From an uncultured bacterium (lineage in GTDB: Bacteria; Patescibacteriota; Dojkabacteria; J137), in the NCBI GenBank assembly GCA_963700155.1, contig OY969472.1:317511-381510 (forward strand): a stretch of DNA of 64,000 bases, read 5' to 3'. A program made the translations under genes and the position numbers. The notes below the pieces were generated by a model. The model had not been told where the DNA came from. It did no database searches and worked only from the letters and a program-made list of their open reading frames with translations. Positions 28,749-39,047 of this stretch are shown one piece after another (position 1 is the stretch's first letter; each line of letters starts with the position of its first letter).

Positions 28749-29363
28749 TTATTTTTTAATAGAATAGTTTATTAATGTTGCACTTCCAGCAGGTCCAGTA
28801 CTGTCTGAAAGTCTTAATGTAATTTTAGTACTACTGTTTGTTGCTTCAATCTCATATTCTACATTAGATTCAGAATAAACATCTTTAGTAATATCCCAGC
28901 CATTATCTTTCAGTTGATTCTTATAATAATTATAAACTACAGTTAAAGAATCAGGTGTAGTAAGTTCAGCACCTAATCCATCTCCTGTACTCACAACTAC
29001 TTCAGAACCAGGATATGTTAAGAATTCTGTCGAAGGCTCTGATGGTTGCTCATTTTGCATTTCTTCAGTTGAAGTTTCATTATTATTTTCTTCATTTGTT
29101 GAATTATGCATAACATCAACTGGACTAGATACAATCGGAGTTGAAGTTGGTTGAGTTATAGTATCTTCTTGATTATTAATACTACTTTGTGGATTATAAG
29201 AAAATACTCCTAATAATAGTAATATTATAAGTAAAATGACTGCTCCAACCATAATTAAAATTAGAATAACCACTCTTTTCTTTAATTTCTTATCATTCTC
29301 ACTAGATAAATCCATTTCTTTCTTTTGTCCTTCCATTGGTTGATTTTCTGTTGAATAATTCAT
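28749..29363 (-). CDS. Single-TM protein with extracellular C-terminal domain (paralog 2)
   Basis: TM; YPGS...YYKNQLKDNGW. Confidence 0.75.
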   Translation of the reverse strand: MNYSTENQPMEGQKKEMDLSSENDKKLKKRVVILILIMVGAVILLIILLLLGVFSYNPQSSINNQEDTITQPTSTPIVSSPVDVMHNSTNEENNNETSTEEMQNEQPSEPSTEFLTYPGSEVVVSTGDGLGAELTTPDSLTVVYNYYKNQLKDNGWDITKDVYSESNVEYEIEATNSSTKITLRLSDSTGPAGSATLINYSIKK

Positions 29364-29492
29364 TGTTAAAAATATAACAGGTACTATAAAAATGATATCA
29401 GTTTATAAATTTACACACAACAATTTACTCTTCTACTTTTATCATTTTATGGTTAAAATAGTCTAAGTTTAGTATAAGAAATTTTAACAACT

Positions 29493-30347
29493 ATGAATAT
29501 CTTTCAGGCAATAATATTAGGGTTAATTCAAGGCATAACAGAATTTATTCCAGTTTCAAGTTCAGGACATTTGTATTTAATTCCACAAATTTTAGGATGG
29601 GCTACTCCATCTACAATATTTATTGTAGTAGTTGATTGGGGGACTTTATTAGCATTGATATATTACTATCGAGGTACTATTTTTAAATATATAAAAGTTC
29701 TTGGGAAATTTGCGGCAAATCAAGGCAAGCTTGAAATAGGGGATGACAAAAAATCAATGATGATAATTATAAATATTATTATTGCCACAATTCCTGCTGG
29801 AATTATTGGATTCTTGGCAGAAAGCTTAATAAGTAAATTCTATGATAATCCTGAAAATTTCAAGCTTGCCTCACTATTCACCACTTTAGCAATGATTCTT
29901 GTTGGAATAATATTTATTTATACAGAAAAATTCTTTTTAAATAATAAACTTGAGATAACTAACCTTTCAGTTAAAAAGGCTTTTATTATTGGTATATCGC
30001 AAGCATTTGCATTCATCAGAGGTGTTTCAAGATCAGGAATTACTTTGTTAACAGGTGAGTCAATTGGATTAAAACCTTTTGATTCAGCTGAGTTTGCTTT
30101 TCTAATGAGCATTCCGATTATTTTAGCATCTTCTATTTATGAAACTTATAAATTATTATCACTTCCGCAAACTCAGCTGAACTCAGAACTTATGGCAGCT
30201 ATTGTTGGATCATTCTTCGCATTTTTATCTGGTATTGTTGCAATCGAATTCATGCTTAAATATTTAAAAAAGCATGGTTTAAAAAATTTTGGAATTTATA
30301 GAATAATTTTTGGACTAATAGTATTAATAATTATAATCATTAAATAA
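29493..30347 (+). CDS. uppP: Undecaprenyl-diphosphatase
   Basis: QGITEFIPVSSSGHL, GVSRSGIT, FAFLMSIP. Confidence 0.95.
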   Translation: MNIFQAIILGLIQGITEFIPVSSSGHLYLIPQILGWATPSTIFIVVVDWGTLLALIYYYRGTIFKYIKVLGKFAANQGKLEIGDDKKSMMIIINIIIATIPAGIIGFLAESLISKFYDNPENFKLASLFTTLAMILVGIIFIYTEKFFLNNKLEITNLSVKKAFIIGISQAFAFIRGVSRSGITLLTGESIGLKPFDSAEFAFLMSIPIILASSIYETYKLLSLPQTQLNSELMAAIVGSFFAFLSGIVAIEFMLKYLKKHGLKNFGIYRIIFGLIVLIIIIIK

Positions 30348-30348
30348 A

Positions 30349-30684
30349 CTAATCTTCAGTTGTAACTGTCCTAGTGATTCGATACTTTGATGAATTAAAA
30401 CTAATAAATTCAATTAATTCTATTATCAAATAACCAACAATTGCGTATACGAGTAATGCAAAAATTGAAGAGAATTCAATTATAAATCCTCCTTCCAAGG
30501 TCGGAGCAGGAAACATTCCTAAAAATGGCCAAATTAAACCTTTAGAAGTCTCATATATCCAATTTACAAAAGGTGCTTGAGTGCTTGCTCCGAATAATTT
30601 TAATATAATTCTAAAAAGAATAAAAAGTTCTGCTATTCCCAATACAAAATCAACTAAATATATTAACGTTTTTGAAAATTTCAT
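30349..30684 (-). CDS. YggT-family membrane protein
   Basis: FVNWIYETS..LIWPF.G.F pattern. Confidence 0.75.
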   Translation of the reverse strand: MKFSKTLIYLVDFVLGIAELFILFRIILKLFGASTQAPFVNWIYETSKGLIWPFLGMFPAPTLEGGFIIEFSSIFALLVYAIVGYLIIELIEFISFNSSKYRITRTVTTED

Positions 30685-30774
30685 ACTAATTTAGTAATAA
30701 GTAATATAGTTGTATATTATGAAGACTTTTTTAAGGCATATTAAATAAAATGTAAAACTAATGTAAAATTTTAT

Positions 30775-32064
30775 TTGCTTGTAATCCAGACAAAAGTCTT
30801 TAGAATATTCTTTATGCTAAAGATTAAGAAGGAAAACTTAAGAGATCAGCTTTATTTTTTTAGAATTGTATTCACAATTGTAGATCTTGTTACTAACTCC
30901 TTCTATTATATTCTCCTGTTTAAAGTAACAAACCAGTTCACACCATTATTTATTGATATGATTATATATTTTCTTGCCCAATGGATAGGGTTAATTATTG
31001 GAAGTGTAATAATACCAAGGTTTGGATATATTAAAATTTTTAAAGCTGGATTTTTCTTTCATACAATTGCGATGATTTTATTGATTGTGAATATTAATAA
31101 TCTAGTGTTTTTATATCCAATTTTCGCAGTATTAAGAAGCTTTCCTAGAGGACTTTATTGGGCAGTAAATAATAATTATCTTTTAAAAGAATTACCACAA
31201 AAAAGCAGGAGTATGGCAATTAGTGATATGGCTTCAATTACATACATATTACAAATTGTACTCCCAGTATTGATTGGAAGCACAGTAACCTTAGATGGTA
31301 ATTACTCTATTCTATTTATCATAGCTGGTTCAATAAGTTTCGTTAGTTTATTCTTTCCTTGGAAATATAACAAAAAGCCAAAAACTCATATAACCATTAG
31401 TGAGATAAACAATATAATACGAAATAAAAAATTTAATTCTTTTGGAACACTTTTACTTTTAGAAGCAGGATTCAATGCATGTTTTACTTTAAGTTTTGCT
31501 ATCGTTCCCTACCTTTTAATAAAAAATGAGTTTGGTGTTGGTGCTTTGTTAAGTTTAATAAATTTAATTGCAGCTATTTTTGCCTTCATGGAAAGAAGTA
31601 AAAAAGCCGAGAAAGTCAAAATAATATCTTATTTCGGGACATTTATAAGCGGAATTTCGAATATAATTTTTGTCTTAATTTGGAGCTTTCCAGCTTTAAT
31701 TTTTAGGAGTATATTTTCAACTCTAGGAGACTCGCTCTATACACCTTTTATAGATAAGCTTGACTTAAATATTAGAGATAAAATATTAGGAAATAATATT
31801 AATCAATCATCATCTGAAATGATAATAGTAGTTGAAACAATTTTCACAGTAGGAAGAGTACTTTTTTTACTTTTATTCTTATTTCTTTTAGTAATAATAA
31901 ATGATAATGAAAGCATCTTTAAAATTATTATCGCAATAAATGGTTTTTGGGTAATCTATTTATTAAGTAGTTTTATGAAGTTAGATAATTCAAAAAGAAA
32001 AACTATTAACCTACAAGAAAATATAACCTCAGAAAACAGTAATCCAAATTCAGTACAAGTTTAA
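30775..32064 (+). CDS. MFS transporter
   Basis: About 12 TMs; GLYW motif. Confidence 0.75.
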   Translation: MLVIQTKVFRIFFMLKIKKENLRDQLYFFRIVFTIVDLVTNSFYYILLFKVTNQFTPLFIDMIIYFLAQWIGLIIGSVIIPRFGYIKIFKAGFFFHTIAMILLIVNINNLVFLYPIFAVLRSFPRGLYWAVNNNYLLKELPQKSRSMAISDMASITYILQIVLPVLIGSTVTLDGNYSILFIIAGSISFVSLFFPWKYNKKPKTHITISEINNIIRNKKFNSFGTLLLLEAGFNACFTLSFAIVPYLLIKNEFGVGALLSLINLIAAIFAFMERSKKAEKVKIISYFGTFISGISNIIFVLIWSFPALIFRSIFSTLGDSLYTPFIDKLDLNIRDKILGNNINQSSSEMIIVVETIFTVGRVLFLLLFLFLLVIINDNESIFKIIIAINGFWVIYLLSSFMKLDNSKRKTINLQENITSENSNPNSVQV

Positions 32065-32582
32065 GCAGCTTTTTTTGTTTTTGTTACAAACTTTACAATT
32101 TTATAAGAGACCTTTCTAGTAGGCAAAACAACTTCAACTACTTCACCAATTCTTGCATTATTAACAGCTTTTCCAATAGGTGAATCTGTAGAAATTTTAC
32201 CCTCCATTGGGTTTGCTGATCTAGTTTCTTCTGATCCTACTAAAGTTATGACCTTAGATTGTTTTGTCTCAAGATTAGAAATCTCTACTGTTTCTCCAAC
32301 AGAAACTATATCATCACTTTTATTTACTTCTACGATTTTAGCTAGTTTAAGAATATCTTCAATTTCACTTATCCTATTCTCATTCAAATCCTTCTTTTCC
32401 ATTGCAACTTGATATGCATGGTTTTCAGATAGATCTCCTAAATCTCTTGCAACAGCAATTTCATCAGCAATCTCTTTTCTAAGAGTATTTTGTCTATTAT
32501 CAAGCTCTTTTACTAACTCATCATATGCTGATTGAGTCATTTTTATCTCATTTTCGTTATTGTTTTTTCTTGGTCTTGCCAT
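32061..32582 (-). CDS. greA: Transcription elongation factor GreA
   Basis: ARDLGDLSENHAY, ISTDSPIGKA. Confidence 0.95.
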   Translation of the reverse strand: MARPRKNNNENEIKMTQSAYDELVKELDNRQNTLRKEIADEIAVARDLGDLSENHAYQVAMEKKDLNENRISEIEDILKLAKIVEVNKSDDIVSVGETVEISNLETKQSKVITLVGSEETRSANPMEGKISTDSPIGKAVNNARIGEVVEVVLPTRKVSYKIVKFVTKTKKAA

Positions 32583-32747
32583 ATTTTAATATTTTATTTC
32601 TATATAAAAAAAACTTCCCTTAATTCAAAATTGAACTATGGGAATGTATTATACACTAAAAGTGAAATATTTCGAACAGATCTTCTTAACGTTTTTACAA
32701 TCACTGTATTATGGCACAAGTTTATTAATATTAAAAGAGGAACTTGA

Positions 32748-35700
32748 TTACTGCTTCTTTATTGAAAGATTAACTGAAAAATCTGGATTAATAGTTTGGT
32801 TGTATACTAAGCTGTCATTTTGTTTGGAACCAACTGGTTCAAAACTTGTTAATATTAAATCAGGTTCAAAAACAATCTTTTGATCTAAATTTGTATCTGC
32901 ACCTCTAATACTCATAGAATTAAGAGTAGCATTATAATTGCCATCCGAATTACTTTTTAATTTTGGATTTACAGCCCAGTCAAATTCAACAGATTTTTCA
33001 TCAAGAATTTGTGCAACAGCACAAGTCTCATCCGAATATTCATTAATACTTACTTTATATGATTCTATTCCCTTTACTGTAACCTTATCTTTTTTTACTG
33101 ATGAAGGTAGACAAATCGAGAGTCTTTGTGCTGAACCAAATACGGGAACTTGTACCACAGTCTTATAAGTTAGACCTAAGTTAGAATCGATTCTTATTTC
33201 ATCAGACACATTAAAATTTAAATATCTATCTAAAGATACCATTGTAGGATCTTCAAGATTATATCCAAGTGAATAAAATGAATTTGCCTTTGAACTTTTT
33301 ATTCCATTTAAACTATTTGATTTAACAAATGACTCATATTCAAGATCGGAACTATTAAATAGAATGCCTTGAGTAAGGGCTGAATTATGAAATGAAGTTA
33401 TTATTTGAGGAAACAATCCTGAAATATTATTGAACATTAAGTTTATTGTTTGAGCCATTATATGCGCAGAAATTTCATGTTTAGCTGATAATGTTGAATT
33501 ACCAATCTGTGATTTACCTAACTGGCTCAAAAAGTTATCTTTTTCATAATTCAGCCCTTCTACACTCACATCATTTCCATTGTTTTTAAGTATATCCAAA
33601 AGTTCTGAAAAACTCTGATAATTTATTGATAATACTCCCGAAATCTTTTGATCAAATGTATCATTAAATATTTTAGAAATACTATTTGAAAATACAGAAT
33701 AATCTGAAATATTCTCAAGATTTGAATATGAAATATGATCTTTAGATACTGCTGTTAGAGATCTTTTATTAATCTCATCTAAAGTATTCTGATCAATGCT
33801 TTTATAATCAAACTTTACAGAATCTGGAGATTGTAATGTAGTTTTAGTTATTGCTCCATTATCTAATGTTACTAATAAAAATGCAGCAGTCTCACCACCG
33901 ATTGGTTTTATCCTTGTACTATCCTGTAATAATATTAAGTATGTTTTTTTAGAATTAAGGCCTAATATTTCAGGCAGGTATTTTACAGATTCCAATGACT
34001 GCACTCCAGTTTCGTATTGCTTTAGTTTTAAATTCATATTAACCAAACCACTTACAAGAAATCCTGGTAGAACAGACATATCTACTTTTTGAGCTTGACC
34101 AAGCCCTTTCTGATATTTTTCAATTCCGGTAGTTAAATAAGGTTGTCTATTTACTAATTCCTCAAGATAATTTTGATAATTGGTGTTCGAAGTGCTCGTT
34201 GAAAGATATCCATCTGTTCCCGACCTAACCTGAGTATTATTTTGAAAATTATTAAGATAATCATAAAAAGGCTCAAGTGAATATTGTATGTTGCTTAAAC
34301 CCTCAGCTGTTACTTGATAAGCATTAATCATATTTTTAAACTGAGAAAATTCATTATTTAAACCTAAAATTGAAGCTTCGGAATTAAAACTCTCTAGGTT
34401 TTCTTGGATATCTTTCAACGAGCTACTTAAAGTATCTGCATGCAGGTTTCCAGTACTATAATTACTTGAATCTATCGAATTAAATGTATTATTGTAAAAA
34501 GGTAGTATTGAAATTAAATCTCGTCCTATTAAAACTGAAGGTGAGAATACTCCAAAAAAGAATAAGAAAAATATTACAAATAAAAATAATAAAGTAACTA
34601 TTTGCCCCGGTGACTTATTTTTAAATAGTGTAAAAGTATTCCCAAAGTCTGTAGAAAAATTCCATATTTTATTTGAAATTTTTTCTTTTAAAGTCTTATT
34701 GTGAGATATTTTTTTTGATTGAACATTATTATTTGCATTAGTAATACTTTGCATTTTAAGTTCTTCCTGTTTTTTTCTCTCCGCAATTAATCTTGAAATA
34801 GGTCCACCATATTGATCTTTTTTAGATTCTTCTTTATCTGCCAAAGACATAAAACTTTTTAGTTTATCAATAACATTATCTTGAGAAGGGTTGACTTTAT
34901 TAGTTTGAGTTTCCAAAAGATAGATTTTTGCAGCCGCAACTGATTGAGTTATTGCTTTATCAATCGGAATTTTTGGAGTCCAACCTATTGCTGAAAGATT
35001 AGGTGCTGGTTTGTAAAGCCTAATTTCAGGAAGATTATCATCTTCATCAACAAATTGTATCTCCTTTGCATCTGCTTCAAGTTCTTGAACCTTATATGCA
35101 ATCGATAAATGTGTAAAAGGATTAGGATAAGCTATTGAAAAAATCTCTCCTTTTGTATTTGCTGAAAATTGAGCTTTAATTATTCCATAAGCAGCATCCA
35201 TTAAATGTACAAGCCACTCTGATTCTAGTCCATCTTTTGATAATTTTAGAGGCTGTTTTTCTACGACTCTAATCATCAGATCAGTGAAGAAAGTCTTTGT
35301 TGAGAAATCTAAACCTTCACCTATAATTTCACCTAATCGTACAATTCTTGCATCAAGGTTTGTTTTTTCTGAATATTCCATAACAAGACTTTCTGCATAT
35401 CTTTGTACTTCCATTTCAGTATAAACAGTATGTCTTTCTTTTGAATCAACACCGTATTTAGCACTTAAATCATCGTAAGATAGACTTAATTGATGTGCTC
35501 TAATAGCTGTAGTTAATAGAAATTTAGACCCAAATTTATTTGCTAAATTTAAAGTATTATCAAGATAGTTAGAAAACTTTAGGAAATTCTGAGTAGATAT
35601 TTTTGACATATAATCTAATGACTCATGATCAAAATAGAAAATATAGTCTAGTCTTCTTAATTCTTCATCAAGTTCAGCTAAGGTTGTGTAATCTATAAAA

Positions 35701-35894
35701 CTTACTAATGATCCTTTTGGAAAAATATTTAACTTTGCAATATTCTCATCAGAATAATTATCAACAATAATCACATATCCTCCTTGTTCAATTAAAGAAT
35801 CAACAATTTCTAATCCAAGTCTAGAAAGTCCTCCAACTATCAAAGAAGTTGGATATTTTATTGTATTCTTTAATCTGTATTGTTCCTGAATCAT
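32748..35894 (-). CDS. Degenerate NAD-epimerase/SDR domain fused via a TM to an extracellular DUF4012-like domain
   Basis: N-terminal GGLSRLG...RIVRLGEIIG...HLMDAAYG; KTYLILLQDSTRIKPIGG DUF4012-like motif. Confidence 0.7.
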   Translation of the reverse strand: MIQEQYRLKNTIKYPTSLIVGGLSRLGLEIVDSLIEQGGYVIIVDNYSDENIAKLNIFPKGSLVSFIDYTTLAELDEELRRLDYIFYFDHESLDYMSKISTQNFLKFSNYLDNTLNLANKFGSKFLLTTAIRAHQLSLSYDDLSAKYGVDSKERHTVYTEMEVQRYAESLVMEYSEKTNLDARIVRLGEIIGEGLDFSTKTFFTDLMIRVVEKQPLKLSKDGLESEWLVHLMDAAYGIIKAQFSANTKGEIFSIAYPNPFTHLSIAYKVQELEADAKEIQFVDEDDNLPEIRLYKPAPNLSAIGWTPKIPIDKAITQSVAAAKIYLLETQTNKVNPSQDNVIDKLKSFMSLADKEESKKDQYGGPISRLIAERKKQEELKMQSITNANNNVQSKKISHNKTLKEKISNKIWNFSTDFGNTFTLFKNKSPGQIVTLLFLFVIFFLFFFGVFSPSVLIGRDLISILPFYNNTFNSIDSSNYSTGNLHADTLSSSLKDIQENLESFNSEASILGLNNEFSQFKNMINAYQVTAEGLSNIQYSLEPFYDYLNNFQNNTQVRSGTDGYLSTSTSNTNYQNYLEELVNRQPYLTTGIEKYQKGLGQAQKVDMSVLPGFLVSGLVNMNLKLKQYETGVQSLESVKYLPEILGLNSKKTYLILLQDSTRIKPIGGETAAFLLVTLDNGAITKTTLQSPDSVKFDYKSIDQNTLDEINKRSLTAVSKDHISYSNLENISDYSVFSNSISKIFNDTFDQKISGVLSINYQSFSELLDILKNNGNDVSVEGLNYEKDNFLSQLGKSQIGNSTLSAKHEISAHIMAQTINLMFNNISGLFPQIITSFHNSALTQGILFNSSDLEYESFVKSNSLNGIKSSKANSFYSLGYNLEDPTMVSLDRYLNFNVSDEIRIDSNLGLTYKTVVQVPVFGSAQRLSICLPSSVKKDKVTVKGIESYKVSINEYSDETCAVAQILDEKSVEFDWAVNPKLKSNSDGNYNATLNSMSIRGADTNLDQKIVFEPDLILTSFEPVGSKQNDSLVYNQTINPDFSVNLSIKKQ

Positions 35895-36574
35895 TTTGTC
35901 TGAATTTGTACTGGTTGCAACATTAAAGCTGCATCAATATTTAAATTTAGCCCCAATAATTTATCTCTATCACTTTGTTCCGAAGGTAAGATCGTAAATT
36001 CTAAATCATCATACCCTTTTTTAGAGATTATTATCGTGTGTTGACTATCCAATTTAAGATTAGCCGATACTGAATTACCCGAAATTTTAATATCAGAATC
36101 AGAATCTATTTTTAAAGTTGCATCCTGTACATTTGAAAGAACATTTAAAGTAGTTTCGTTATTATTTTCTCCTGTTCCAGCAGAAGCATAAATAATATGA
36201 CCCTCGCTAAATTCTTCTTCTGGTCCAAGATTATACGATGCAACAACAACTGTACCTTTGTAAAAATCTATAAGTTTATTTAAATCCCAATATGCACCTA
36301 CAACAGATGTTTCTTTTTTTAAAGTAATTAAGTGTTCCCCCGGGGTTACATCATCTTTAATATAAGGATCATTTCCTTCATTCACTGTACCAATTTTTTC
36401 ATTATCAAGATAAATATCTAATTTCCCACTCAAAGAATAAACTTGTAAACCTGATATATTTTCAGATTGTTTGATTCCAAATATAGATTGTATGTCTATT
36501 TTAGTCCAAGGAGACCATAGAGCTAAAAGTACACAAAGCACCAGCAGTATTACAAATATAACTATTCGTTTCAT
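35891..36574 (-). CDS. Membrane-anchored PEGA-like protein
   Basis: IYLD...G...PGEHLITL; HTIIISKKGY. Confidence 0.65.
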   Translation of the reverse strand: MKRIVIFVILLVLCVLLALWSPWTKIDIQSIFGIKQSENISGLQVYSLSGKLDIYLDNEKIGTVNEGNDPYIKDDVTPGEHLITLKKETSVVGAYWDLNKLIDFYKGTVVVASYNLGPEEEFSEGHIIYASAGTGENNNETTLNVLSNVQDATLKIDSDSDIKISGNSVSANLKLDSQHTIIISKKGYDDLEFTILPSEQSDRDKLLGLNLNIDAALMLQPVQIQTK

Positions 36575-36670
36575 TAATAGAATTTAAATATGTTGTACAA
36601 GATATTATTCTTTTTCTATTCTACATTAACTATGTTTAAGTTGAAAGATTTAAATAGATATTATGTTCCC

Positions 36671-36699
36671 TTGCCTGTTTAGATGATTTCTCATATAAT
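36671..36699 (+). promoter_or_regulatory. Sigma70 promoter for the orphan cluster
   Basis: TTGCCT-17 bp-TATAAT. Confidence 0.6.
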
Positions 36700-36726
36700 C
36701 CACACATAAATATTATCTTTTTACTT

Positions 36727-37065
36727 ATGGGGTTTTCTGATGATGATCCTAAAATTTTTGATATAGATGCGCAAATTCAGACTACGTTTGAAAGTCTAAC
36801 AGATTTACAAAAAGCGAATTTGATATTTTATAGTAAATATTCTCTAGAAATAAATATGGCTCAAGAAAGAGCAATTTCATCACAAGAACTTCAAGAAGTT
36901 AAAGTTGAAATTGAAGGATTCAATGCCTATTGGTATCTAATTATTTACCCTGATGGGAATATTACACTTTCATCAAAACCTTTATCTATACTTTCAGGGG
37001 AGAAAAAAGAATTAACGGAAAAAGAATTCTTTAAACTTAAAGGAACAAAAATTGAAGAAAGTTAA
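36727..37065 (+). CDS. Hypothetical protein
   Basis: 112 aa, downstream of a promoter. Confidence 0.6.
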   Translation: MGFSDDDPKIFDIDAQIQTTFESLTDLQKANLIFYSKYSLEINMAQERAISSQELQEVKVEIEGFNAYWYLIIYPDGNITLSSKPLSILSGEKKELTEKEFFKLKGTKIEES

Positions 37066-37097
37066 TTAATTAATAAATTATTTTTTTAATATTAAAA

Positions 37098-37340
37098 ATG
37101 AGCAAAAATAATATTGCAAAAGAAACTTTTCAAAAAGTTGAATTGCCTAAAACTTATCTTAATTTAAGTGAAATTATTGATATGCTTACTGTAAAAGCTT
37201 CTAAAAAAAAATTTACTGCTTATGCTGTAATTCCAGGCGTTGAATATTTTGATAAACCTGTATCTAACTTTAGATATGTATTAGTAAACTCAAAAGGAGA
37301 AGTTACATACACAACTATGCCTCCTCAGATTGAAAGTTAA
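37098..37340 (+). CDS. Hypothetical protein
   Basis: 80 aa; motif shared with neighbours. Confidence 0.55.
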   Translation: MSKNNIAKETFQKVELPKTYLNLSEIIDMLTVKASKKKFTAYAVIPGVEYFDKPVSNFRYVLVNSKGEVTYTTMPPQIES

Positions 37341-37428
37341 AAAATAGCTTATTCGTGGAATTCATTAACTGTATTTACGTTTAGACATTTACTGAGTTAT
37401 AATTATTTATATATTTTAAAATATACAT

Positions 37429-38151
37429 ATGAAGCAAAATAATTTTCCAGAAAATGACTGGAGACCCTCTGCTGAAGACTTGAAAAAGCTCGAGAGGATA
37501 CTAGCATCTAGAACAACTTTAAAACTGGATGAAATTTTAGCTAAACAAAAACCAACAAATGAAGAAAAAATAGAAGCCGCAAAAGTAAGGGCTAGAACCA
37601 AAGGACCACAAATAGTTATATTAGATACTAGTAAGTTGGATCTAAGTGATAATATTATACCTTACCAAGCTGCAATTGTCTTAAGTAATGGAATTGTATT
37701 GAGTTACACAAGGTTAGAAGATGCCCTAGTTGCGTTTCACTCACCTGATGAATATCCAAAGAAATTAATAAAAGAAAAACAAATTAATGAGATTCCATTC
37801 AATTCTTATACTAAAAATCCTATTGAAGGTGACAATACACTAGGAGCTGCACTTCTTGAGAGTATTCAAAAGCAGCTTGCAGATCAAGATACAAGAACTT
37901 TAGATTCCGCAATCGAAAAAGCGAGATCAAGTGGACAAAGTCAATTAGTAAAGCTAAACCCAATTGTCACTAGTTTAAATGATCAGAATAACGAATATCG
38001 TTACGTCTGGGTTGACAGAGAAGGACATCAAGAACCATTTTCTTTATTAGAATCTCCTAGTTATAAAAATGAATTCAAAGAAATTATTAAAAAGGAAAAA
38101 CCTATATTAGGAAAAGAAGAATCCTACAATTTTTCTGATTTGGAAGGATAA
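37429..38151 (+). CDS. Hypothetical protein
   Basis: 240-aa ORF. Confidence 0.65.
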   Translation: MKQNNFPENDWRPSAEDLKKLERILASRTTLKLDEILAKQKPTNEEKIEAAKVRARTKGPQIVILDTSKLDLSDNIIPYQAAIVLSNGIVLSYTRLEDALVAFHSPDEYPKKLIKEKQINEIPFNSYTKNPIEGDNTLGAALLESIQKQLADQDTRTLDSAIEKARSSGQSQLVKLNPIVTSLNDQNNEYRYVWVDREGHQEPFSLLESPSYKNEFKEIIKKEKPILGKEESYNFSDLEG

Positions 38152-38159
38152 GACATTTA

Positions 38160-39039
38160 TTATTCTGCCCAAGATTTTAAGATATCGATTTGAGATTTTG
38201 TTCCTTCTGGAGTTCTTAATTCTGGAGTTTCCATAATAAAATCTAGGTTTTTTAATTTTGGATGATTTAAGAACGCTTTCATAGCAGTCTCACCTATTTT
38301 TGCATCAGCAGAACCAAGATTTTCATGTCTATCCTTGTGAGAAGCTAAATCAGTTTTTGAATCATTAAAATGAACTGCTGTAATTTTATCTATCCCTAAA
38401 TATTTTTCGATTTGTTCTACTACTCCATCCAAATCATTAATTAAATCATACCCACTGGCAAACATGTGCTGAGTATCTAAACAGAAACCGATGTGCGGCT
38501 GGAATTCAGGTTTTACACCTTCGTAGATTTTGGCTAATTCTTCGAATCGATCCCCAACAATGCTACCGCTTCCAGCCGCACATTCCAGAAGCAGTTTTCT
38601 TCCTTTAGTATCGGTATTTAGATTCCCAAAAATCCAGTTTAAGCCATAACTTACTCTATCATATGCTTTCTGCTCATCAGCTTCAGTGTATTCCTTAAAG
38701 CTTCCTGTATGGAATACAACTCCATCAGCCATTAATTTTATTTAATAGATCTAAATGATTTACTAGAGATAATTTTGAGAGATGGAATTTCTGGCTGTCC
38801 GGATTCGCTAAATTTATTAAATAAATTCCATGAAAATAGACTTTTTCTACGCTTGTTCCGGCGCCTTTTCGCTGCAAATATTTCTGTTCAATTACTTCAT
38901 CTTTGAACGGCTGCGAATTCCAACGCTGTGGTGCCGCCGGATGGGTCATAACTACATTTGCACCAGCTTCTTCTCCTCGATCTAAAATATTTTGAAGTCC
39001 ACCAGCACAAGAAACAAAACAGCCAAGATAACGTGTCAT
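38160..39039 (-). CDS. nfo: Endonuclease IV (split by one extra base near 38729)
   Basis: HGIYLINLA, VVFHTGS, CLDTQHMFASG, HFNDSK, DRHENLG, METP. Confidence 0.9.
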
Positions 39040-39047
39040 AAAAAATT

